A program made the position numbers and the translations under genes. From NCBI RefSeq assembly GCF_000014265.1, contig NC_008312.1, forward strand, positions 5,100,001-5,132,000: 32,000 nucleotides of DNA, in the 5' to 3' direction. The first letter of the stretch is position 1. The number at the start of each line of letters is the position of its first letter. The notes under the pieces were generated by a model, which was not told the DNA's origin, ran no database searches, and saw only the letters and a list, made by a program, of their open reading frames with translations. Below, in pieces: positions 16,118-23,870 of the stretch. Origin of the DNA: Trichodesmium erythraeum IMS101 (GTDB lineage: Bacteria; Cyanobacteriota; Cyanobacteriia; Cyanobacteriales; Microcoleaceae).

Positions 16118-18019
16118 GTGATTTCAGAAAATACTTCGTTACAAATTGAACAGTTATCAATAACTGTACTCGAAAATATAGGTCAACGTAATAATCAAAT
16201 TCGCTATTTTAAAGTACGCTTTGACAGTGAAGATAGCGAAATGAATCAAATAGGAATGTTGCGTGTAGGTTCGGCAACAGGTTTACTTCAGCAGGAGTTA
16301 CAACTGCGGGAAATTTTAGGTGAGTATGCCTTAGTCGCTCCCCTCATCGCCAAAACTACTGTTTCCGACATTGCACAAATTATAACAGTATCGTCACCTG
16401 CAAAAGATACTGTTGTCCAAACCCCTATAGACGAAACTTTGACATCAAGTTGTGATAATGGAACAAGTCAGAAAACTTTACTTCAGACCAATGAAGAACA
16501 AATTGAGACGCCATCAGAGGTCGAAACCGAAATAGAAGCGGAAACTATGGAAACTGTTGTAGAAAAAACAATAGATTCTGAAGTTCTAGCCGATGAAAAA
16601 TCCTTTGATGAAGATACCCTTGATGCGGTAGACTTAGACTCTTTAAAATCTTCTGATGAGCCTAATAATGGTGACTATCTTGAAGATGAGTATTATCCAG
16701 AAATACCTCTTCCCGGTAATGAAGGGGAACAGTTGTTGCTGTTAACAGAGTTTCCTGATAGCCAACTCACCCTCAGTAACTGGTTAAAAAATTCTCCTAG
16801 TCCACTAGAAGCCTTAAAATTGAGCACACAAATTTGTCAGTTTTTCTGGTATCTCCATCAAAAAAAATGGTGCCTAATTGACCTTGACCCAGATTTGATA
16901 GCAGTCGGTAAACCTATTTGCTGTTTTGACCTCACTTGTGCTTATCCTGAAGCTAGGCCGCTCACCAGTGGATTAATAGGAACTTATTGCGCTCCTGAAT
17001 TAGCCTTTGTTCCAACACCTGAGGAGAAAAGTAGCACTTACACTATTGGTGCTTTACTTTATCATATGTTGCATGGAGACCCACCTACCAAGGAACTGAA
17101 GTATAAAGAATGTTCAGTACCCCTCTTTGCTCAACTACTAGCGTTATCTTTGTCTCCCCTTATTGATGAACGTTTTTCTCTGGTACAGTTACGGAGTTTG
17201 CTCATTGAGGCTTATAATACTCTAGATACTGTTCGTGTGAGTTGGGAAATAGCTAGTAAATCAACGGTGGGACTATCTCCACAACGACTGCACAATGAAG
17301 ACAGTTACGGAATCACTCAAAGTGATTCTGATGGTTCTGAAATCGTTGTTTTAGCAGCTTTAGCAGACGGAATGGGAGGAATGGCCCAAGGAGAAGTGGC
17401 TAGTCGTTTAGCAGTGAAGACTATTCTTAATGGATTAAGTGGAGAAGTTGAAAATACCCGAAATAATAGAGAGCGTTGGCTGATTTATCTTATAGAACAG
17501 GCTAATGCTGAAGTTTCAAAGGTAGCTCCAAATGGGGGAACAACATTAAGTTTAGTGTTATTAGAGTCGACAAAAATGTCCCTCGCACATGTAGGTGATA
17601 GTCGTATTTATTTGATTCGCGATCGAGAAATTCGTCAGTTGAGCGAAGATCATTCTTTAGTTGCTCTCCTTGTCGCTAGCGGCCAAATTTCTGCAGCAGA
17701 AAGTCGGCAGCATCCAGAGCGCAATGTTCTAACTAAGTCTTTGGGGGCGAAAAAGCGCCTTTCCCAGGGTTATGTACAAACTGTTACTGATATAGAGTTG
17801 CAAGATGGTGATGTTATTTTGTTATGCTCTGATGGTGTTTGGGATCTGGTAAGTGACCAAGAACTGACAGAACTTTTCATGCCAATGAGCTCAACAACAG
17901 TGTTGCAGACTGCTGTCAACCAAGGGATAAAGCTGGTTTTAAAACGTGGCGCACCAGATAATGCCACTCTATTAGCGTTACGCTGTCAGATAACTCCTAC
18001 TCAAGTTTATTTCCCTTAA
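16118..18019 (+). CDS. Degenerate protein-kinase-like domain (probable pseudokinase) with acidic insert, fused to a PP2C (PPM) Ser/Thr phosphatase
   Basis: 633 aa with a GTG start. Kinase-like C-lobe: LIDLDPDL in place of HRDLKPEN, CCFDLTC in place of DFG, YCAPEL retained; no GxGxxG or VAIK Lys seen. Acidic insert aa ~95-200. PP2C motifs NEDSYG, LADGMGG, GGTTLS, HVGDSRIYL, LCSDGVWD, PDNATLLAL. Confidence 0.85.
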   Translation: MISENTSLQIEQLSITVLENIGQRNNQIRYFKVRFDSEDSEMNQIGMLRVGSATGLLQQELQLREILGEYALVAPLIAKTTVSDIAQIITVSSPAKDTVVQTPIDETLTSSCDNGTSQKTLLQTNEEQIETPSEVETEIEAETMETVVEKTIDSEVLADEKSFDEDTLDAVDLDSLKSSDEPNNGDYLEDEYYPEIPLPGNEGEQLLLLTEFPDSQLTLSNWLKNSPSPLEALKLSTQICQFFWYLHQKKWCLIDLDPDLIAVGKPICCFDLTCAYPEARPLTSGLIGTYCAPELAFVPTPEEKSSTYTIGALLYHMLHGDPPTKELKYKECSVPLFAQLLALSLSPLIDERFSLVQLRSLLIEAYNTLDTVRVSWEIASKSTVGLSPQRLHNEDSYGITQSDSDGSEIVVLAALADGMGGMAQGEVASRLAVKTILNGLSGEVENTRNNRERWLIYLIEQANAEVSKVAPNGGTTLSLVLLESTKMSLAHVGDSRIYLIRDREIRQLSEDHSLVALLVASGQISAAESRQHPERNVLTKSLGAKKRLSQGYVQTVTDIELQDGDVILLCSDGVWDLVSDQELTELFMPMSSTTVLQTAVNQGIKLVLKRGAPDNATLLALRCQITPTQVYFP

Positions 18020-18283
18020 TTCCCGACTTCTCATACTAATTTAGGGTTTGCTAAATAACTCTTATGAGTGAGAATAGGTAGGGGGTTCCGTCGGATATGT
18101 ATAAGAATTAGGAGGCACGCAGCCACGGAGCAGTGGGAATTTACAGGGGATGTAGTCAGAAATATTGTCCCTCAATTTTTCTACTCTTGTCTGGTTGAAA
18201 AAAAGAATGTTATATCAAATCTGTATTGTTAGCAGAGATGATATCAAATTTTACTTTTAACTTCCTAAGATGATATAAAATCT

Positions 18284-18318
18284 TACTTTTGACTTTTGAC
18301 TTTTTACTTTTTACTTCC
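18284..18318. repeat. Heptanucleotide tandem array (TACTTTT GACTTTT GACTTTT TACTTTT TACTTCC), STRR-like
   Basis: Five 7-nt units ending 13 nt upstream of the ATG at 18332. A partial duplicate (TTTTACTTTTAACTTCCTAAGATGAT) sits ~60 nt upstream at ~18250-18275. Confidence 0.7.
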
Positions 18319-18331
18319 TAAGTGATGATCG

Positions 18332-20449
18332 ATGAACAATATTTGTCCGTCCTGCTTACATGAAAATGCCCCTGGTGTTAACTACTGCATCGTCTGTGGA
18401 ACAGATTTGACCTCCACAGCAACAACTTCCCCATCTTCTGTATCGGGGCTTCATCTCCCTATGGGAACATTACTCAAACAAGGATGGTATAAAATAGAGA
18501 AAGTTCTCGGTCAAGGAGGATTTGGAATTACTTACAAAGCTATTTACTGCCTTAATTCTACTTTAGTTGCTATCAAAGAGTTGTGGCCAGAAAGTGGATA
18601 CAGACATGATAAGTCCGTTGTCTGGCCGCCCTCAATTGCTCCCATAGACCAGAAAGAACAAGTTGAAAAGTTTAAATTAGAAGCAGCTTATCTACAACGT
18701 TGTAACTCTCCTAATATTGCCAAAGTTTACGATTGTTTTGAGGAAAATTCCAGTATTTATATGGTAATGGAATTTATTGATGGAGTTTCTCTCTCAAGCC
18801 TTATGGTCAACCAAAAATGTTTACATGAGAACAAAGTTATTGAATATGCAAAACAGATCGCTAATGCTTTAGTAGTCGTTCATGAAAACAATTTATTGCA
18901 TCGGGATATCAAACCTGAGAATATAATGATCGATAGTAGCGATCGCGCAGTTTTAATCGACTTTGGCACAGCCCGGGAGTTCATCGCTGGAAAAACTGGA
19001 GACCTGACACAACTACTCACCCCTGGATACGCTCCTTTTGAGCAATATTCAAAAAATAGCAAACGTTATGCAGCTTCGGACATTTACGCTCTGTGCGCTT
19101 CCATGTATGAATTATTGACTGGAGAGTTACCTAGTGGAGCAGTTGAAAGGGCTACTGCCTTTTCTGGAGGTGCACCAGACCCTCTGCTCCCACCGCGACA
19201 AATTAACTCTCTCATTAGTCCTCATCTGGAAAAAGTGATTTTAATGGGAATGCGCTTTCGTGTTGAAGAACGCATCCAAACTGCTGAGGAATTAATTAAT
19301 GCTTTTGATGGAAAACTTGTTTCTCCTCTGCATCAAAAGGCTAAAGATTATGTCAGCAAAGGTGATTTGAATAATGCTGTCAGTACCTACGAAACTTGTC
19401 TAGAGCGAGAACCGGATAATGGAGAAGCTACCGTCGAATTGGCTTTAGTTTTAGTATATATGGATGAAGACCGCGCTGTAACTGTAGCCCAAAAAGGTAT
19501 GCAGCTTAAACCCCAGGATGGGCGTAGTTATGGTGTGTGTGGTTTAGTTGGTTGTCATCGTCGCCAATGGAATCATGCTGCGCAACAGTTAGAACAAGGT
19601 ATTCGCCTCAGTCCGAAGGAAGCCTGGATACATGCTAATCTGGCTTGGGCTTTGGGACAACAGGGAAATTGGGAATCCGCAGAGAGGACGATTCAACAAG
19701 GGTTACAGTTGGACCCAAATTCGACCTTCGCTTTAGGTTTAAAAGCTTGGATATCGTTCCACAAAAAACAATGGAGATTTGTGATTCAAGCTGGAACCCA
19801 AGCGATTTTTAAGTCTCAGCAGGAAGGGTCTCGGATAGCAATGGCGTTGCAAGCCTGGGTGTATCCATTCACGATCGCTGCATTAGATAAAGTGACTACT
19901 AAAAAAGGCGGTGATGTTAAGCGACGGCTCAGAAATTTTGTGGTTCAAGTGCCGAATAATTCTATTGCTTTGGGATTTCAAGCTTGGTATGAGTATCGCG
20001 ATCGTAACCTCAATGCCTGTCGCCAAAGTTTGGAGTTGGCCTGTAAGTGTGGGGATATACCTAATTGGGTAGCACGGGATCGGGGTTTGATAGACGAACA
20101 CCTCAATGATTTGCCTAGTGCTTTGGAGTGGTACAAGCACCGCCACCAGGAAATACCTCAAGATGCTTGGATTTGTTATCGTTTGGGGACAGTGTTAGCA
20201 AGACTCAACCAGTGGCAGGATGCAAAAGGGTATCTAGAACAGGCAGTTAAACAAGACCCAAATTTGGCGCCAGCTTATCGTAACTTAGGTTGGGTGTTAT
20301 CGAATTTGCTGACTGTAGATGGTAAGATTCAATCAGTACAGGATTTAATGGCTGCTTATCGTCAGGCGTTAGCATTGTATGAAGTGCAAGATATGAATGA
20401 AGCGCAACAGATTAGAGCAATGTTTCAGGCGATCGATATTTTGTTATAG
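18332..20449 (+). CDS. Zinc-ribbon Ser/Thr protein kinase with C-terminal TPR repeats
   Basis: 705 aa. N-terminal CPSCLHENAPGVNYCIVCG. Hanks kinase motifs LGQGGFG, VAIKEL, HRDIKPENIMI, DFGTARE, GYAPFEQ. C-terminal ~370 aa of TPR-like repeats (e.g. AVSTYETCLEREPDNGEA, AKGYLEQAVKQDPNLAPAY). Confidence 0.9.
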   Translation: MNNICPSCLHENAPGVNYCIVCGTDLTSTATTSPSSVSGLHLPMGTLLKQGWYKIEKVLGQGGFGITYKAIYCLNSTLVAIKELWPESGYRHDKSVVWPPSIAPIDQKEQVEKFKLEAAYLQRCNSPNIAKVYDCFEENSSIYMVMEFIDGVSLSSLMVNQKCLHENKVIEYAKQIANALVVVHENNLLHRDIKPENIMIDSSDRAVLIDFGTAREFIAGKTGDLTQLLTPGYAPFEQYSKNSKRYAASDIYALCASMYELLTGELPSGAVERATAFSGGAPDPLLPPRQINSLISPHLEKVILMGMRFRVEERIQTAEELINAFDGKLVSPLHQKAKDYVSKGDLNNAVSTYETCLEREPDNGEATVELALVLVYMDEDRAVTVAQKGMQLKPQDGRSYGVCGLVGCHRRQWNHAAQQLEQGIRLSPKEAWIHANLAWALGQQGNWESAERTIQQGLQLDPNSTFALGLKAWISFHKKQWRFVIQAGTQAIFKSQQEGSRIAMALQAWVYPFTIAALDKVTTKKGGDVKRRLRNFVVQVPNNSIALGFQAWYEYRDRNLNACRQSLELACKCGDIPNWVARDRGLIDEHLNDLPSALEWYKHRHQEIPQDAWICYRLGTVLARLNQWQDAKGYLEQAVKQDPNLAPAYRNLGWVLSNLLTVDGKIQSVQDLMAAYRQALALYEVQDMNEAQQIRAMFQAIDILL

Positions 20450-20708
20450 CTTTTAGAGTAACAAGTCTGCAAAGAGGGGTAACTACTGAAGTCAGATAAT
20501 TATACACAGTCAAATAAATATTAATAATCCTTGAAAATACTGATTATCTCCTATTTTCAAATTATGATAAATTATCAAATAATTGTTATCATAAAATCAA
20601 GTCTCAAGGGCTATAATTTAGGGGTCGGTACTGATAACTAGAGCTTAGAGTAAATAATTGATAACTTAGTAACAAGTATGAAAAGAGGGCTAACGACTGA
20701 AGCTAGAT
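20447..20708. repeat. Pair of ~50-70 bp direct repeats flanking a ~140-bp AT-rich spacer just 3' of the kinase gene
   Basis: 20447-20497 reads TAGCTTTTAGAGTAACAAGTCTGCAAAGAGGGGTAACTACTGAAGTCAGAT. 20638-20708 reads TAGAGCTTAGAGTAA[ATAATTGATAACTTAG]TAACAAGTATGAAAAGAGGGCTAACGACTGAAGCTAGAT. Confidence 0.55.
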
Positions 20709-21071
20709 CAGGATTTTTTTGTAATTCTGTAGTCTGACAAGCCTGTCTAATGGTTCCAGATCATATCATAGGAGTTTTCGTCTTACCTAATTACCTGAAC
20801 CGTATCGAATTATAAAAGCGATTTTCCAACTTTTACTTGATTGTTTTTGTTTTAGTAAATGCCCCTGCTGATTTAGTAATACCATATCTCTATCAAGAAA
20901 CAAATTGGGAATTTTAATGTAGTCCCACCAACGGGGTTTCAACCGATGAATTGTTTTAGCAAAGTTCCTAGGAAATTGAGAAACAATTCTAGATTTTCCA
21001 GGAGATACTAGCAAACAAGCAAACAATAAGTCACCAGTCCTAATTTTTTTACCTTCGTTAATTATTAATAA

Positions 21072-21512
21072 TTAAAAATCGACTCTTTTATATTTATGAT
21101 ATCCTTCAGGACAGTCAACTGAGCTACCATTAACAACTGGAAAGTCTTTCGACAAAGCTACACTGTGATAAATGCTGGCTCGACAAATTAAACAATAAAA
21201 TTTCTCTTGGCTTGACATAACTGCAAGTCCTACAAAAGTAGATAAAGTGGGTTCTTTTGGTTCTGCATATATAGGAGCAATTCTATCATTTTTACCATAT
21301 TTAATTAAACCAAAATGATAGTATTTACCCTCGCCTTTGGGGTCATTAGATTTGTTGTACATTCTGCCGTTTTTTAAGTAATGGCTTTCTTGAGCAATAC
21401 ACTGTCTTGTCAATCCATCAATAACTTCCTGGCGACTGATTTCATTGTCTTTTGGCTCGAATATATAATCGAGAACATAAGGAATTAGCAAAGGTAGAAA
21501 GCATGTAAACAA
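21072..21512 (-). CDS. Hypothetical protein, possibly cyanobacterial type IV pilin-like (G/H-type) protein; start uncertain or frameshifted
   Basis: 146 aa opening with TTG. C-terminal pattern AEPKEPTLSTFVGLAV...YCLICRA...CPEGY resembles the A.PK..L.SYVG.V....I.CEA pattern of cyanobacterial pilin-like proteins as I remember it. An ATG (21526-21528) sits out of frame across a T8 run. Confidence 0.4.
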   Translation of the reverse strand: MFTCFLPLLIPYVLDYIFEPKDNEISRQEVIDGLTRQCIAQESHYLKNGRMYNKSNDPKGEGKYYHFGLIKYGKNDRIAPIYAEPKEPTLSTFVGLAVMSSQEKFYCLICRASIYHSVALSKDFPVVNGSSVDCPEGYHKYKRVDF

Positions 21513-21668
21513 AAAAAATAAGAATCATCTTCCTACTTTAGTTCTCAATAAAAAGTTAATGACAAACCTCTCAAATATAACTTTCCCTAACAAATTCCAA
21601 ATAAATTCCCAGAAATTAAACCTATTACTCATATTCTTTTATCTCCTTGCATTTTATTATTTTTATAA

Positions 21669-21759
21669 TCAGGACTTACGTAGCACAGCTATATATGGTG
21701 TATTTGGATGAATTTTTCAGATATTTGCAGTACAATTAGTACCTTTGCGTAAATCATGA
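21669..21759. mobile_element. MITE-like element (~91 bp), TCAGGACTTACGTA ... TGCGTAAATCATGA
   Basis: Collinear similarity to the 24054-24143 copy (shared TCAGGACTTACG, CTATATAT.GTGT and internal blocks). Right terminus is degenerate. Confidence 0.55.
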
Positions 21760-22290
21760 TAATACAAAAAATTACAGTTTAGTAAAAAAATCCATATAAC
21801 AATCCCAAATAGGTTGTGACAATTCAAAAAGTAGAGATAAACTCCGAAACTTTTGCCCATTGGCTATTGCCTCTTGTCTATTCCCAAAAAGCGGTTAGAC
21901 TTTGGACACAAACAAAATAGAATTATTATAACTACATTTAATCTTATCAACTTTTTTAACAGAAACTAACCATTTACAGCAGATTCCAAGTATGTAAAGT
22001 ACAAAGATTAACAATTAAATGTTTGTAGTGCAGACATCTTAGCAGCTTGGGTGTACCTCACTAAGGTGGAATTCGCTGTAATTACTTTTAAAACACCTAA
22101 TTGCCTCTAACAAACCTCTGACTTTATTAATTTTGTAGTAGAGGTGAAGGATAGCGATATCCCCATCGACTACCTCAGTGAAACCAAAGACATGTTTGAT
22201 AGTGCTTTGGTTTCGTCCCTCAACCTAACCTACAGCAAATCATCTTGTAGGGTGCTTTACAGTACTTTTCAGATTGATGAACCACATTGT

Positions 22291-22504
22291 CATAACCAAA
22301 ATCCTATAGGGTCAATGGCCATTCGCCCCTACTGTAGTCTACTAAAATAAAAAGCACTGTAATGAAATGTGACACACTAATACGCCTAAAATATAGCTTG
22401 GGTAGAATGAGTACGATTCGTTTGGCTTAACGGGCTCATAAGTAAGTTGGCCAGTCCCAAAGTAGGGACATTGCATGCAACGTCCCTACAAGGTTTTGGT
22501 TATG
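22291..22504. repeat. ~214-bp element bounded by inverted CATAACCAAAA(T/C)CYT termini, each followed by a GTAGGG...CCCTAC palindromic hairpin
   Basis: CATAACCAAAATCCT (22291-22305) pairs with AAGGTTTTGGTTATG (22490-22504). Hairpins are ATAGGGTCAATGGCCATTCGCCCCTAC (22306-22332) and GTAGGGACATTGCATGCAACGTCCCTAC (22462-22489). Confidence 0.55.
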
Positions 22505-22936
22505 GCGATGTAATTTATCAATTTCAAAAGCGCTGCAATATAGTTTCATAACTAATTTCTACATCGTAAGCGCTGCTATCTACAGCGCGAACAATGACAG
22601 CATATTTCGGGCAAATGATGAAAATTATATAGTGCGGGTATCTTGCCCGTATGGGCGCTCATGATAGCAAAGGAAAACACTGTATATTTAGCTCCTGTGC
22701 ATTGTCTAAGTAGCGTAGGAATATACCATCAATGACTTGGGTTATGTTGCTGGCTATTTGCAACAAGATTTCTCTAGAGACTCTGGTTTCGGTATCCGCT
22801 AATTGGTGGGGACGATCGCTCTTGGTTCCAACATTCAAGATCTGAGATTTCCCATTCTGTGCTAGCAAGTTTGGAACCGAGGAATTGGATAATATCAGGG
22901 AGATAGACTGCTAACTACAGGAAAAAAAGCTTGACT

Positions 22937-23870
22937 TATAGAACCCCTGAGTGGATCTTTTTTTGCCGTTCAGGCGATATAGCTACCGCCACCATCCTCT
23001 GCCAACGCCAATCTCTTAAGCATAAGTCTAACAAAACAAAGATTAATCTTGGTGGTGGCATTCTCAAGAGTTCCCATCAATTTTTTTGACTAAACTCTTA
23101 CATCTTTCCATCCAAGAATTAGTTCTTTCAATGACCCATCTGATTAAACCCCTTTGTCCCTGCTTCTTCTTCAAGGGCTTTCGAGGGCTTAGGTGAGAGC
23201 TTAAACCGAATCTTGGTCATAATCGCTGGATAAATTTTTTTCAACTCAATCGTTAATTTTTCCGGGTGATATCCGTATGTCTGAAGAATAGTGATTTTAG
23301 GAATATTGACAGGTTTAGATTTGAAGTAATCAATATTGTCAGACAACATTTCAATTAATCCCACATCATCAGAGACTGATATTGCTTAAATGAGTAAAAA
23401 AAGGAAAACCGAGGCTATCTACTGCTAGATGCCGCTTGATTCCATTAGTACTCTGTAATAAAAATCCTTTCGACTCTGTACTTGCATTACAAGTATTTTT
23501 GATGATTAGTGAGTCAATGATGATTAAAGTTGTCCCGGAGCGCTTTTTTTTACCTTTTGACGCAGAAATCCCAATGTAAAACATCTCTAATCTTCTCAAT
23601 TACCCCTTCCAATACGCCATTGTTTGTAGTGCCAAAACACCGTCGAATAAGGAGGTAAATCCTTGGGTAAACCACACCAGTTACAACCATTCTTAAGTTG
23701 GTAGAGAACACCATCCAATATTTCTCTTTTAGTCCATTTGGGGGGAAAAGTTCTTTTCTTTTTGGGTAACAGGGGTTCAATTATAACCCACTCCTCATCT
23801 GTCAAGCTACTAGAATATGGCATTTTCTATCCATTATAGTCTTTCAGAAAGATCCAAAATGGCTTCTATA
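22937..23870 (-). mobile_element. IS5-family insertion sequence (~934 bp), decayed
   Basis: Imperfect ~24-bp terminal inverted repeats: TATAGAACCCCTGAGTGGATCTTT (22937-22960) and the reverse complement of 23847-23870, TATAGAAGCCATTTTGGATCTTTC. A transposase reading frame fills the interior. Confidence 0.75.
22970..23823 (-). pseudogene. IS5-family DDE transposase, disrupted by several frameshifts or stops
   Basis: Fragments in different frames: MPYSSSLTDEEWVIIEPLLPKKKR...LKNGCNWCGLPKDLPPYSTVFWHYKQW (23596-23823); ...IIIDSLIIKN...GIKRHLAVDSLGFP (23369-23599); 23128-23364; then RWVIERTNSWMERCKSL...GNS-TGA-ENATTKINLCFVRLMLKRLA (in-frame TGA at 23064-23066). The expected ADGGY motif reads LQTYGYH. 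Confidence 0.8.

Noticed and set aside
15286-18318. Possibility that the short tandem arrays are CRISPR-like
   Set aside because: The units are 7 nt and directly abutting with no spacers. They are heptanucleotide STRR-type repeats, not CRISPR.
13862-20161. Shadow ORFs in the second sub-operon (13862-14317 -, 14593-14778 +, 15730-15918 -, 17770-17967 -, 18880-19062 -, 19883-20161 -)
   Set aside because: They are embedded in the vWA, FHA, PP2C and kinase genes, whose frames are validated by canonical motifs.
2936-20449. Interpretation of the cluster as a recently transferred genomic island because of the neighbouring IS and MITE debris
   Set aside because: HIP1 octamers and host-type heptamer repeats occur within and between the cluster genes, which suggests long residence. 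The mobile debris lies outside the cluster, except for one MITE in the internal gap.
20787-21026. 79-aa minus-strand ORF
   Set aside because: It has a non-ATG start, no recognisable motif, and sits in repeat-rich decayed DNA. It might be a gene fragment, but I cannot support a call.
22144-22350. 68-aa plus-strand ORF (GTG start)
   Set aside because: Its 3' third is made of the inverted-terminus and palindromic hairpin repeat at 22291-22332, and it has no motif support.
22659-22868. 69-aa minus-strand ORF next to the IS element; considered as the 3' part of a gene split by the IS
   Set aside because: Extending its frame upstream hits a stop (22911-22913) before the IS junction. It has a TTG start and no motif. 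I also tested joining the AGGAG-N8-ATG start at 23891-23893 across the IS with either a 2- or 4-bp target duplication. Both joins give stops within ~25 codons, so the disrupted-gene idea is unsupported.
23550-23780. 76-aa ORF inside the IS element in an alternative frame
   Set aside because: It overlaps the N-terminal transposase fragment (23596-23823), whose translation carries the recognisable IS5-family N-terminal pattern. The alternative frame has none.
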